DNA of 248,000 nucleotides, from positions 20,001 through 268,000 of the forward strand of contig NW_008806285.1 in assembly GCF_000400465.1 (NCBI RefSeq), read 5' to 3'. Positions 29,306 to 42,300 of the stretch are shown here, one piece after another (the first letter of the stretch is position 1; every line of letters begins with the position of its first letter). Made by a program: the position numbers and the translations under genes. The stretch comes from Wallemia ichthyophaga EXF-994. Its lineage: Eukaryota; Fungi; Basidiomycota. Below the pieces are notes generated by a model that was not told the DNA's origin, did no database searches, and saw only the letters and a list, made by a program, of their open reading frames with translations.

Positions 29306-31193
29306 TTAAGCACCGAAGCTTTGACCTACACCGACACTCTCACTCAAGTTGGATTCACCGACGTATGTAAAACCTTGGAATTGTCCTTGTACAGTTTGTG
29401 ATAAATGGCTGTCCTCAACTACACTATCTTGAGGTGCTTCAGATGTGAATTCTTCATCAAAGTTGCTGGTATCAATTGCAGATGCAACAGCAGGCTTGAA
29501 TGGTGGCTGAATTTTCTTTGATGACAATCTCTTCCATTCAATATTGTTAACGAAGAATGGATGATCTTTGATTTCTTGGGCACCATTGTATCCTAATCTA
29601 GCAGATGGGTTACGATGTAACAATCTCGACAAAATATCTTTCGCATCTGGACTAAACTCGTCACCAAATCTGAGTGGATCTTGAAGAATCTTTCTATACA
29701 TTTCGTTGGTATTTTCATCGTAAAATGGTGGTAGACCTGACAACATTTCATAAAGCAAAACGCCGAGTGTCCACCAATCAACTGATTTAGTATATCCCTT
29801 ATTCAAAAGTAATTCCGGAGCGAGGTATTCAGGTGTACCGCAGAAGGTGTTAGTTGTCTCGTTTTCTGTCATGTTCAATTTACACAGACCAAAATCACAC
29901 AACGCGATGTGTCCTGTGTAATCCAACAAGATATTTTCGGGTTTGAGATCTCTGTAGACGACATTGAAGCCGTGCAAGTGCTCCAGTGCCAACAACAATT
30001 CAGCTGTATAGAATCTCGACCTAGCCTCGTTGAATCGGCCTTCACGTTGCAAATGGTGGAACAGTTCGCCACCGTTGACAAATGCAAGAACGAGATAAAG
30101 CTTTTCAGTTGATTGGAAACTGAATTTCAAAGGTACGATAAATGGGTTATTGACTTGAGCGAGAACAGTTCTTTCTGCTAGAGTGTGTGTAACTTCGGAT
30201 CGATTGACAATATGTGCTTTGCGGATCGTTTTCAATGCATATATACGCGAAGTGTCTCTCTTTCTTACTTGCATCACTTTGCCGAATGATCCTTTACCGA
30301 TAACCTTGAGTAGATCGAAGTCCTCGATTGTCAGTGATGAGGCTCTTGCTTGGAATGAGACTTGAATAAGCATGTGACCAGAGCCACCTGCCACAGGATA
30401 CCAAGATTCTGTTGCGCGCTTGAGTAGAGTTAGAAAGGTGACTACTGTAATAAATTACCTACGTTTGACTCAAAATCTGGAATGAATTTAACAGCACCCA
30501 AAAAGAGATCAGAGTTGCCCATATCATTTAATCCAGTGGCATTTTGACCAGGTAGATTGCTTGATCCGGTTCTTAGGTAGGTAGATATAGCTATCTCGCT
30601 AGCTCTCGAAACATCACTTGAGATTTATGTAAACAACGAGCATATCTGCTGATAGGATACTCACAAATGAGCCTTGTACATCCAAACAGGCTGGTCGAGT
30701 CTACCACCGAGCGCATCAACAAGAATTTCATTCTTATCGAATTCCATAACGATATAAGGGAGCCACCAGCACTGTTTGCGTTGCATGCTGTCCCTGTTGT
30801 TGGAGCTGTAAGAGGACTGACGTGCGTGGTTGACAGATGTGGAGGTGACGCTTGCGGCAGCAGCAGCAGCCTGTGTGGCTAAAGCTTTCTCAATTTGTTG
30901 CGGAAGTGACTGACCCGGCAATTCCAAATCGCGGGCTTCGACGACTCTGATGGTAAGGACACCTGAACGATGAATAGGAGCGCCAGAAGCGGTAGAAACG
31001 GAGGTACCGTTAGTGGAAGGAGAAGAGGAGATTACAGGGGAAGCTGTGGAAGTCTGTCTAGATTGAGTGGATAGATTTGAGGAAGATGACTTTGAGCTGA
31101 GTGGGTTAGCTTCTTTGAGTTCTTTCAAGTGTTAGCTGATTGTATAATAACATATGGTGACGCACTTCTGCCTAATTTCCATGTACTTGACAT
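29306..31193 (-). CDS. YPK1: AGC kinase Ypk1/Gad8
   Basis: VIGKGSFGKV, YRDLKPEN, DFGLCKLNM, TFCGTPEYLAPE, hydrophobic motif FQGFTY. Confidence 0.93.
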
Positions 31194-31512
31194 AGCGTCT
31201 TAATGTTTGAATCAAAGGAATATTCATCTCGAGGTTTGTAAAAACTAAAGCTGAAAATTGATTTTATTGTTGCAATATATTGTAGAATGCTTGAAATATA
31301 GAAATCGTATTCCATTTAGCGTAAATTTCATTTCCACTCGCTTACACCTTCGATTACGTTGGGTACCTCAGGGACAATATTCTAAATACTTCCTGATATA
31401 CCCATCTAGCACGCTCGTTTATAATTATGGTCTCGGTTTTCCATTCCTTTAGGCCTTCCTTCCGTGAAGACAAATGCAACACAGCCAATAACCCACCCAG
31501 TACAAAGCCTTC

Positions 31513-32500
31513 ATGACATTACCAAATCACAATGAGACCTTAGGTGTATGTTCAAGACTAGCTGATGAGCTTGTGAATTCAATTATCGGTTTTGATTTCA
31601 ATACCGACGACTTGACAATATCACAGAATCAATTACCCCAGGAACTTGACATTAGACTGTCCAGCGCACCAAATACAACAACCACGCGTAGAATTTTCAC
31701 TCCATTAAAGAGTACACGTCGGAGGAAGACACCAAGCTCACTCAAACGTTATGATCGCGGGTGGTGTGCGTACTGGAAAGGCAAGTCTGTTTAAATTAAA
31801 CCTAGACACTTTTTATCTCAATCAAGCTGCTAGTATCACTCAGCGCACCGAGGTCACATCTCATTCACTCTGAAACATCAACCCCAACATCTATTCTATT
31901 CGATCAATTTGGACGACGGGGAGAATTCGTTTGAACTTATGATACTAAGTTTGAATGACACAACTGAATTAGATTATGGTGTTGATGGAAATGCTAGTAA
32001 GGATGTTGACACAATACTAAAACATGCCGTACATCTCTACACTCAAATACTATATCAAGAGTTGAGAGATTTCAGCTGTAATAGCACGAAATCGCTTGAC
32101 ATGCACATTCATGTTTGTAGCTAGATGATTGAACCAGCCAAGTTGCTTACTGCCAGTAATGGTTTATTGGCGCTACAGCAGCATGTATTACCAATTATGT
32201 TACGCCTAGCTACATGTATAAATGTCTTACCTGTCACTGCACGCGCTGACAGTCTCACCGATCGTCAGAGATACTTGGATTCAGCGAGAGAATATCTACA
32301 CCAGAATCTAATACTCATAGAATGATTTCCATTTAGAGAATTTCAATATAGTCAACCGAGTTGATCAAGATTCGTCAAAGTCACTTCGTCCACTCCATCT
32401 GTACCTTACGACGATACTTCGACTTCAGTTCACCTCGATCCAGCTCCATACGTTATTGTTATACCAGAACCATTCGAGAGACCATTGAAAACTAGGAAGT
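31513..32500 (+). CDS. Lineage-specific hypothetical protein (weak F-box-like start), fragmented ORFs
   Basis: Consecutive same-strand ORFs 31513-32325; RLADELVNSII. Confidence 0.3.
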
Positions 32501-32921
32501 ACAGATGGGGAACTGTGAATGTTTTTGATGATGAACAAACAGATTTCAACGCTTTGCATAATGTTTTATTTGGCGCTAATTCGGATGTTAGAGGCTTTAA
32601 CTTGAATATTACAACTAACAAGAATAACCGCAGTCTCTGAGAGCGCGCATTAGAGAAACACTTTCCGAAAGTTTCAGAAAGGAAACTCTCACAGATATTC
32701 AGCAAAAGAAAAGATAAACATTTATCAAATACAACTAATCAATTGGGACAAAATCAATTACTATCATTTCTATGTTGTAAACAGACTTGTTAGCCAAAAA
32801 TATCGGAAAAGTTTTCGAAGGTATGTATTTCCTACTGTTTTTCTTTTTTTTTTCTTATCGATGCATAATTTTGTTTATCAACATTAAAATACATGTAATG
32901 TAATTATAATAAATAAAGTTA

Positions 32922-35900
32922 TTACCACGACAACTTCTTATCAAACCCTTGCAAAATTTGATCTAAACCGTCTAACTCCTCAGTATCAATCTCATTCTGT
33001 GCTTTTTTATACAGCAGCCCGCAATCAAGATTGACACAAGGCACGTCTTGAGAGGGAAGCGTATGAGCGCATGATGCGCAAATTGTATGAAAATCTCTCA
33101 TCTTCGATTGAGTTCTATAGTTCCTACTAAGCAGCTTGTATACAGTATCACTGATATTTGAATCCGCTCTACAACTACTACAAATTGCTTCTTTTGAGGC
33201 TTCACCGCATGTTTCACACGTTCCACTTCGAACGTAATTGCCAATCACACCACCTCTCCGTGTATGTGTAAATGGTTTCCTAGCCTCCGCTTTGAATTTT
33301 CTAGACATTGTCGCATACCATGAGTGTACATCAGCGCCCATAAGGTTAAATATCCTCTCTAATGGTGGAATGAGCACTCTCTCTATGTAGTACTTCGCAT
33401 CTATTCGCAAATTGCCATTTCTAAGTATTTCCTCGGGTTTTACTGCTCTGTCTACTTGTCGATCAGAGCTGCCTTCAGTGATTACATAAGGTACTCTTTC
33501 ACCGTAATGAGCTGCTGCTCGTGGATCATCCGTCAGCGCTTTCGTTGCTACCATTACTCCAGGTATTGGAACGACATTGTTGGAGTATGTCCCTAGTCTT
33601 ACTTCCTTGGCAAATGTAAAGTCCTGAATAGAGACTCGGCCTTGGATGACCTTGTTGAATTGTCTCACGCAGTATTCCTTTACTTGTGATAGGTCTGATG
33701 TTTTATATAATACTCTGAGTGACGAGTGTTAGATATTCTCATGATCAATAATGCCACCCACTTTAAAGCTGCTTCCACCATCTTTGCCTGAGCAGGTACG
33801 CCATCTCGACGAACAGTCTCGATACCTTTGGCTTCAAATACGCCCACTGTATCTGACGATCGCTCAAACATGTTCCCAGTGTACCGCTTCTTTGCTAATA
33901 GGACTGACGGCAAATACATCTGGAACAGGTTTAGCAAACAACATGTTTAAACAACATGCTCACCTTCTCTAACTTTAACTTTATAGGTCGTGGATTAGAC
34001 TTTGTGACAGCCTCAGCAATAGCTGCGCCAGTTTCGAATGCCTCTTTCTGAGATTTACCTTTGAGTCTGACAAAGAGTGAATCAGTGTCGCCATAGACGA
34101 CATCAGCACCCCATTCCTCATTTCTTTCAATAAATTGAATAGCCTAAAACAATAACGTTATTTAAGCAGTAATGAAGCATCAACCGCCTACCCTTTCTAA
34201 TGTCTCCCTCCCAGTTTGGACAATCGAATCAGCTAGCTCTACACTTGGCATTCGACCACTATAACTGGCCGACGTATATCCGTATGTGACATTTGCCATG
34301 AGCTTAAGAGAGAGCTGCCTGGCATGTTGCAATTTCTTGAGATACTTTGGAAATAGTTAGGACTACTGATCATAACAACCGACGACCTACCTTGTCATCT
34401 CTGTTCTCTTGCATAGATTCTTTGATCATGATGCGCGTATCCAACAGTTCCGCCAGCATTTTTGATAGAAGTGACTTGCGCACGTGTGGCTTGACATACA
34501 TCAGCCCATTAGGTGCGACTGCTAGGTTGTTAGATAACAGTATTTCCAATGTTTCACTCACAATTTATATCATTTTTGAGGGCATCGAGTATTTTTGATG
34601 ACTCAGCATGATCGATGATCCCAAATTTATACTTGCTGTCATAAGGTTTCACACGTCCCAGGCAAGTTGAATAGCAGTAATTGTACGCAAGAATAATGGA
34701 AGGATATAAAGACTGAAAGTCAAGCACTATGACAGGATCTTTGTAGAACGCAGACTGGGGTTCCATGACCAAGGGCAAAGCTTCAGCAGCTTGTTGACTG
34801 CCCACTTGGTTTCTGGACGGCGAAATCAACACGTAGTTTTCGGGCTTAGCGATCCGGAACATTAATGCTTCGACTTTGAATTGCGAGCCACGCGATATGA
34901 CACTATAGAAATCTACACCGATCGTGCGAGCAAATTCACTGCTTTTATTAGGTATAGGACTGGTAGAAAGGGAGTCTACTCACGCTGTTTTTGTAATTAT
35001 CTCCATTGAGTCGAGTATATCACCAATTAATTTGACCCTTGATGTAAAGACATCTAGTACTCTAGCGAAGGAAGATGCATTTCCAGAAACCCACCACTGG
35101 CTCAGAGTTACTGGTTCATACTTTGGGACTCTGAATTGTGTAAGCTGGATATTAAAGTAAACCTTTCACCCACCTTCGCTTTAATAGACTATGAGTAACG
35201 TGCTCGAATGTCGTCTGTGGCAAACTCAATTCAGAGCGCGCCAGTCTCCAGACGTTAAAAACATGTCTACCTGGTGAGGTGAAGGTACTGGTTTTCATCT
35301 CAGCCCATCGTTCACCCCCATTAATATTCCGCATCGTCCTAGATTTGATTCTAGACGTCTCCTCACTCAATTCTAATCCAATTTCTATGCGTGTCCGCTC
35401 GACTAGGTATCCCCACGACCCCAGCTCCGTATCCCAGCCTGCGAGGATATCAGGATCAAAATGCTGCACTTTATCTATAAGGGTGAATATTAAATCCGCT
35501 TCGTTGATAGCAATTTCCATATCGTATCCGTCTAATTTGTATTTGGTTTCGCCTTCAACGACTATCATACCCCTTTCTACATCCTCATTCATGTCGTGGT
35601 AGGAAAAAAAAACAGCCTCGACTGGATTATACTCAGGATTAGACACTTTCGTGTTGTTGCTCCTCGCGAAAACCTCGACAACCATCATCGTAAGTTGGGT
35701 TTGAACGTCGTGCTCTCGCGGCTCATACTTTTTTCCTCCACTGGCCGTCGATGCATCTAAACCGTAAACTTGTCCCGAAGGCGGTCCTTCAATCTGCAGC
35801 AACGTTAGCTGGCAAAAGCAATGTATTAGTAACCAACCTGAGTATGAAAAACCTTCTGAGAACTGGCTTTCTTGCTTTTGTAATCAGCTACCACGCTGCG

Positions 35901-37895
35901 CTTTGAGGGAGGCAATGGGGCATACTCAAAATATCTAGCTCCTCTCGTCGAGTAAGTATCGCAGCTCCCATCCCAGCTTGGTATGACGTCGCCTTTCAGT
36001 ACAAACACCCTTCCTGCGTATTCTCGGGGTCTTTCAGGAACGTCTGATGCATTAGAATAGTAAGGATCGCGATAAATCTTCGTTGGGGCTCTCTGTTCTT
36101 TTAGGGACTGCAAAGCTTCTTCGATGGTAGGTGGTGGAATGCTGTATTTGTAAATACTCTTATCCTGGTTTATTCGTGGTGCTTGTGACTTTCGCGGTGT
36201 AGTTACACTATTCTGCGATGAGCTTAGCAGCTTTCGCGGTGTTGCCTCTTCGATCTTTGTGTGAATCATACCGATTGTAAGACCTGGTGTAACTTGGCGC
36301 TGAGATAGGTTGGCTAGAATCTCCTCATATTCTTGTGAGGCGAGCAAATCGCTGCTGTTTGATCGACTTCTTTTTCTCTGTGGCTGTTCGCTCTCCTGGC
36401 TATCTGGAACGACTTCCAGAGTTGGTTCACGTTTCAATGGTGTCTCTGAAGATTTATACATTGAGTCCATTAGTGAAAGCTGCTTCATTGATCCTTTACT
36501 ATCGCTTAGCATTGTGCTTTCTCGGCCGCTCAAAGCCCTCCCTGGAAATTCATGAAGACCAGTATTTTGAGCAAAGCTATCAAATGGGTTGTTGTCGATA
36601 TCCATATTCATTACGTTTGACTTTTGAGTAGCCAGCTGTTGACTGACGATCGGCTCTATATCCTTGTTGGGTTGAGATGATGAAATATCTAAGTACTGAC
36701 TGCTATCCTCATTCCGGAGCTCCTTTCGTCGTTCTGAAGGATGGAAGAGAGCCTCAGTACTCTCGAACACAGTCATCAAGTGGTGCTCCTCAGTAAAAGG
36801 TGGCGCAAAATCTGCGCCGTTATTGGTATCTGAAATCCTATCAAAAAATGAGTCTAAGATATCGTCTAGATTGTCCCACAAAGGAAAAGTGGCAGAATCA
36901 TTGCGACCTCCTTTAACACTCCCCTGAATCTGGATTGATGATGGTAAACCCTTGGCTTCACGTCTTTTCTCTTCGTTTAACCATAATTCTCTAAGAGAAG
37001 GTAGAAGCTTTTCGTCAGGAACCAGCTCTTCGTAAGGAGCGTTGTGTATGTAACGTGGTGCTATCCTATACCTATTTTCAATCCAGGAAGCACGAACGTC
37101 AAACTCAAGCACGCAATTGGTGTCTCTTGGAATGTTGTGTGTGTCTTTCTCGTCTATTGTTGATGCATTGATAACATTCTCTGCTACAACTTGATCGCTA
37201 TGCCAGTCATACACGGTAGGCTCTGTGATTATGAGAACAGTGCAAGGAATGTAAAATAAACACACACCTGGTAAAGGGTACCTGTACTTAGCTTGGGATA
37301 ACTCAAGCCAATCGCATCCGTAGAGGTTGAAATCGGTAAAGAACTGAAGCAGATAAGGAGAATGTGATTCAAAAGGCTGAAAAGTGGAATTCATTAGCTG
37401 ACCGGACTCCATCAACTGCACCAGTCTGGGAATATGCTTGGGATCATTCATCATTATCTTTAGAAACGGACGTGTTCCGACATTGTAGCCATAAAAAGGG
37501 GTACCTTTGCAAATAACAATAGCACGGACGAATTGTGTGGTAGACAGCTTGTCACTCATGTTTCTCCGCAGGCTAAAAGCGAGAGACTGATTGATAGACA
37601 AGCCTAATTGGTGAACATAGTCGCGCACTGAGGAGATGATCAGAGATGACGATCATAAAGGGTGATAAGAGCGCGTACCTTTTTCAGGGGTGACGCTATG
37701 CTTGTACTCTATGTAGAAATAAGGGTAGATGCCGTGTACGTGAGCGCAGGCCATTTGGCCCGTATCAAGCCTGCCGAAAACGCGTATAACGGGAACGGTG
37801 GCCAGTGGGAATGGAGAGAAATTACTGACATTATCATCAAAATAAGAAATTGGTTTAAATAAATTAAAATCTAAGTTGGAAATTCGTATTTTCAT
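32922..37895 (-). CDS. REV3: DNA polymerase zeta catalytic subunit
   Basis: [25 protein letters not shown]-terminal Cys clusters. Confidence 0.94.
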
Positions 37896-38014
37896 TATTT
37901 CATCTTCTTGGAAGGGAATTGATCGTCGGCGTTAGATTGAGAAAGGCGTTGGCGCTTGTTGGATTGTGGACTGCAGAAATTTATTAAATTCGTCTAGTTA
38001 CAAGAAACAGACAA

Positions 38015-38690
38015 TTACTGTTGCTTTGAGAAGTACTCAGACTTGTTGCCTGGGTTGATGGTTGAGCTGTTGGTCTCTGGGTTCCAGTCAGCTGGGCAAA
38101 CTTCACCGTGGACGTCAGTGAATTGGAATGCCTTGACAAGACGGATCGATTCTTCGACCGAGCGTCCAACTGGGAGGTCGTTGACGGTGATTTGGCGGAG
38201 TGTTCCCTTTGGATCGATCAAGAATGAGCCACGGAGGGTTACACCTTCGTCGAGGAGAACGCCGTAGTTCTTTGCTACCTTGTGTGACTTGTCTGAGAGG
38301 AGTGGGAGCTTGAGGTCTGGGCCGAGACCACCTTCGTTACGTGGAACATTTGCCCAGGCCAAGTGGGTGAATTCTGAGTCGGTGGATGCACCGAGAACTT
38401 CAACGCCAAGCTCCTTGAACTTTGGGAGTGCCTTGTTGAAGGCCAAAATCTCAGTTGGACACACAAATGTGAAATCCATTGGGTAGAAGAAGAGTATGAG
38501 CCTTCCCTGTGTCAGTTTTCACTGTAGCGTGCTTACAAACTCACCATTTGCCCTCGTATGTCTTGTTTGTAACTTCCTCGAACAGTCCTTCCTACAAGCT
38601 GTAAGCGAAGGTCATCGAAACACTTCTTTTACTCACGCGAACGGCGGTACCGCTGATTTCTGGTGCTGGCTTTCCGATTAATGAGGCCAT
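38015..38690 (-). CDS. TSA1: Typical 2-Cys peroxiredoxin
   Basis: FTFVCPTE and GEVCPADW. Confidence 0.95.
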
Positions 38691-39357
38691 TTCTGTTGAG
38701 CACGTTAGCGGTAAAGATTGTTGATATTTAAACTCACTTGAGTTGCTGATTGTAGGAAAAGAAGGTGTAGGAGCTCAAGTCGATTTTAAATCACAATGCT
38801 ACATCATTTAACAACGTTTACCCGCTTTGGCTTCAATGTTTAGGCAGCGCTACATCATAATTAGCCTCTATCCTTCCTTTGAAATATTTCCTTCGTCTGC
38901 ATATCCGAAGCAATCACGTAATCTTGGTGGTTATCCTACAATTTCGGAAACTTCTGGATGTTACTGCAGCCTAATACTATTTATTCTGTATTCTTCTGCT
39001 GCGTTCAGTCTTCTCGCTTAAACGTATCTAGACTTATCTTTAAATGTCCGATGAGACCGTTGAGTCAGCTTAAATTAGTTCCTAAAAATAAGATGCGCGA
39101 CATGCTTAATTTACTGAGCTATTCTTGTTTTTATTACTCTTTTGCCCTCTAGCTGGCCTTTATTACTCGCAATTACATCAGTCCATCAAAATGTCAAGCC
39201 AGCATGCTTTGTGATTGCGCTCTGATATGCAGAAGCACCACATTTATTGCGATGTAGAGCATTTTCAACAACCCCTCACGTTCTTCAATGCGATACAGGT
39301 AAACGTAAATCGTGCATGAGTAAAAATCTAAATGAAAATAAACAAAACAAAACTATA

Positions 39358-42300
39358 TTACCAAAATGCACACCATCCTACGAAAGCCATACAAAGGACC
39401 TCGAGAGAAGTGGCTTGTAATATAAGTTTGTCAACTTGCTCACCCACAGTGAGTGTCTCAGTTGGTTTGAAGTCACGACCTGTTTCAAGTTAGACTGTTT
39501 TGGCTGTTTCTTACCAGCAACACTCACCTGATAACTTTGCTTCAACTCTTCTCATGACAGCTAATGCTCTTCTGTTCACAGGCTCCGGTCTTCGGTCGTT
39601 ACCTATTGTCTCGTCCCTAACACCATTCTCTACCAGATTTCTTTCATCTGCCACACTCCGTCTATTCTTTGCACTCGATGGATCTGTAACTACGTAAGCT
39701 AAACAACAGTCGGTAACTGTTCACCTACCAATGTTCTCCGCATCCAAACGCCAATTAATCAATGGATCGTGAACAAATGCAGCCAATACAGCCATGAGAG
39801 AATCTCTGTTATTCCTCAACACACTCATGACAATATCACAAGTACGCTTAAATGATCCCTCGACACCACACACCTCCATTGCCAAAACGAGCATTCTAGT
39901 CAATCTGAAAGGCATTCTCTCTGGATACTTATCTCTATGCTGAGCAACTTCGAAGCTATCACCGAAATCAATGTGGATAACTCCACCAGTAATTCTATCA
40001 ATCAGCAGATTCGAAGGATGTCTGTCACCAAGACCTAGGATATAACCAACCATACTCATCACTGCCAAGCTACGTGTGTAATTTGTTCGACGTTCCAACC
40101 AAGCTTCACTATTTCTAGATTTCAGCCAAAGAATTCTGTAAAGATCTTGACCAGTGGTATTGTCGAGAGCGTACTCGAAGACTTCCAACTTGTTGAGGTG
40201 ACACAGGTGGTCGAAATCTGGAGCCATTTGCAGCATCAATCTGTGCTCAATGTTCAATAGAATCTTTCTAGTCTCGCGATAGTCCCTGATCAGCATGTGC
40301 ATCGTATCAGTGTTTTGCACCCATCCTAAAAGACCAGAGTTTGGAGAGATTGGTATAACGGAAAATCTGTGAATGGACAAATGACGTTTGAATGACTCCG
40401 GATTTACGGAAAGGAGAAGATTGATGAGGCCGAACAATTGCATCGCACGCTCATCTTGGCGAAGATCTTCATGTCCTTTCAACAGATACATATACTCCTT
40501 TCCATCACTACCCCTGATCTCCATCTTTCTTGGCCTTTGCTTCGTAGTCAACACCGACAATCTGGGAACGACCGCTGCTATTCTGATGACTGGCTTTCCT
40601 GATTGGTACGTACCAGGCACAGCCAAGTCGAGATCTTTGGCGTTAAGTAAGCGTGGGGCCACATACTGTAGTTCGATAGCAGTGAGCGCGGTGACCTGCT
40701 TCTCAATCTTCCTGAACACTGGGTAATACAGATCCCAAGCCTGGTTGAGGTCTGCCGCATGTTTGGTATGCTTCCACTTCCTGCAGTAGTCTCTAGCTTC
40801 TATCAACTCCCTAGAGAACGCCTGAACGAATGAAGTCTCACGCAAAGTCTCTGGACCTCTATCGAGCAAGTCATGCAATGGCTTGAGCGTCTCAATCATA
40901 GCAGCTGGGTTATGATGTACGAAGTAATGTCTGGATGCCTCTTCCAATCCTTCGTGCCACATTTCATTCCAAAGTATAGCAACCCTGATCAATTCATTAG
41001 AAACTAGTCCAGCTTGTTCAACCAGCTTGGGTGAATGCTCGCGCATCCTGTCCATTATAGCCAATGCAGCAGCTTTACGAGTCTGAGATTGAGATTTCGA
41101 CGCCACTGTGAGTGGATAGATCAATGCTTGTGGGTGGGCTCTCCCAACAGCACATAAGAGCTGATGGATCAATCTCCGAACGTTCAAGTTTGGTGCGTGG
41201 ATCCTAGCAATGATCTGCGGTATAACCTCCAGCCAAGTATCGACAGAGATGGTAGTGAATCCTTGAGACAGCGTTGAAGAGACGTCTTCGTGATAGCCGA
41301 ATTGAAACCACAATGTTAGCAGACGAAGCGTGTCCTGGAGGGAGTTACCGCCAGACAAGGCAATAGACTTGAAGAATGCCTGTACAGCAGGTACAATATG
41401 TGTGACTAGAGTCTCTGGCTCAACTTCTTCGCTAGCATTCTCGAGATGAGCGATAACTTCGAAGTTGGCCAGCGCAAAGGTGTGCCAAGCCTTATACCAA
41501 CTAGGGTCAAGTTGTGTGGCTTGGTAGAATGCACCGAGGATGTCATCAGCATCGTTGATAAACCAGTCCTCCTGAAGAGCAACCTGCCACTGACCTTGCT
41601 TGAAGTAACATCTAGCCAGTAAGTTTTTGTATTCTGTGATTTTGCCCTGCTTGTAGTACTCATTAGCAATAGCACGTGAGCTCTCAGTTGGGTTCAGGCC
41701 AAGGTCGTTGGATAGAGATGCCGTGAAATCTCTCAACCAATTCAAAGACTCGTCTTGAGCACCCTTTGCCCAAGTGAATTTGAGATGAGCGTAAATGACC
41801 TGTGGAGGGGCTTTTTGGGTAGTGCTGTTCGAGTAAACGCTTGGATCCGGCCCGAGGAGGGAGTTAATAACTTTTTCAGCCAGGAACATTCTATCAGACT
41901 TTCTGCATAAGTTGGCGAACTTGATCCACATCTGTGTGTCTTCTGCTGGAGACAGAACAAGTGTGCGCACTTGCAATATCCTCTGCCAGACTTCAACATC
42001 CGGTTGTGCGCCCTTCAATCTTCCCAAAATGTCAGTAAACACAGAAGTAAAAGATGATATCTCACCTCTTCATCCAAGTCTTGCGTATCGTCGATTGGCG
42101 GTCGGGTTGGTCAGCGAAGAGTTTATACTGAATGATTTCTTCCAGTTCAGCCAGCATCTGCACACGAACCACAACATTGTATGCTCGACCGTAAGACTCA
42201 GTAACTAGAGAAGTGAGTTCGCTGTCCAGACTCTCGCGCGCTTTCGTGATATGGTGGAGAGCCTTCTGGTAGTGCGAGTCGTGCACCGAGAGGATAGCTC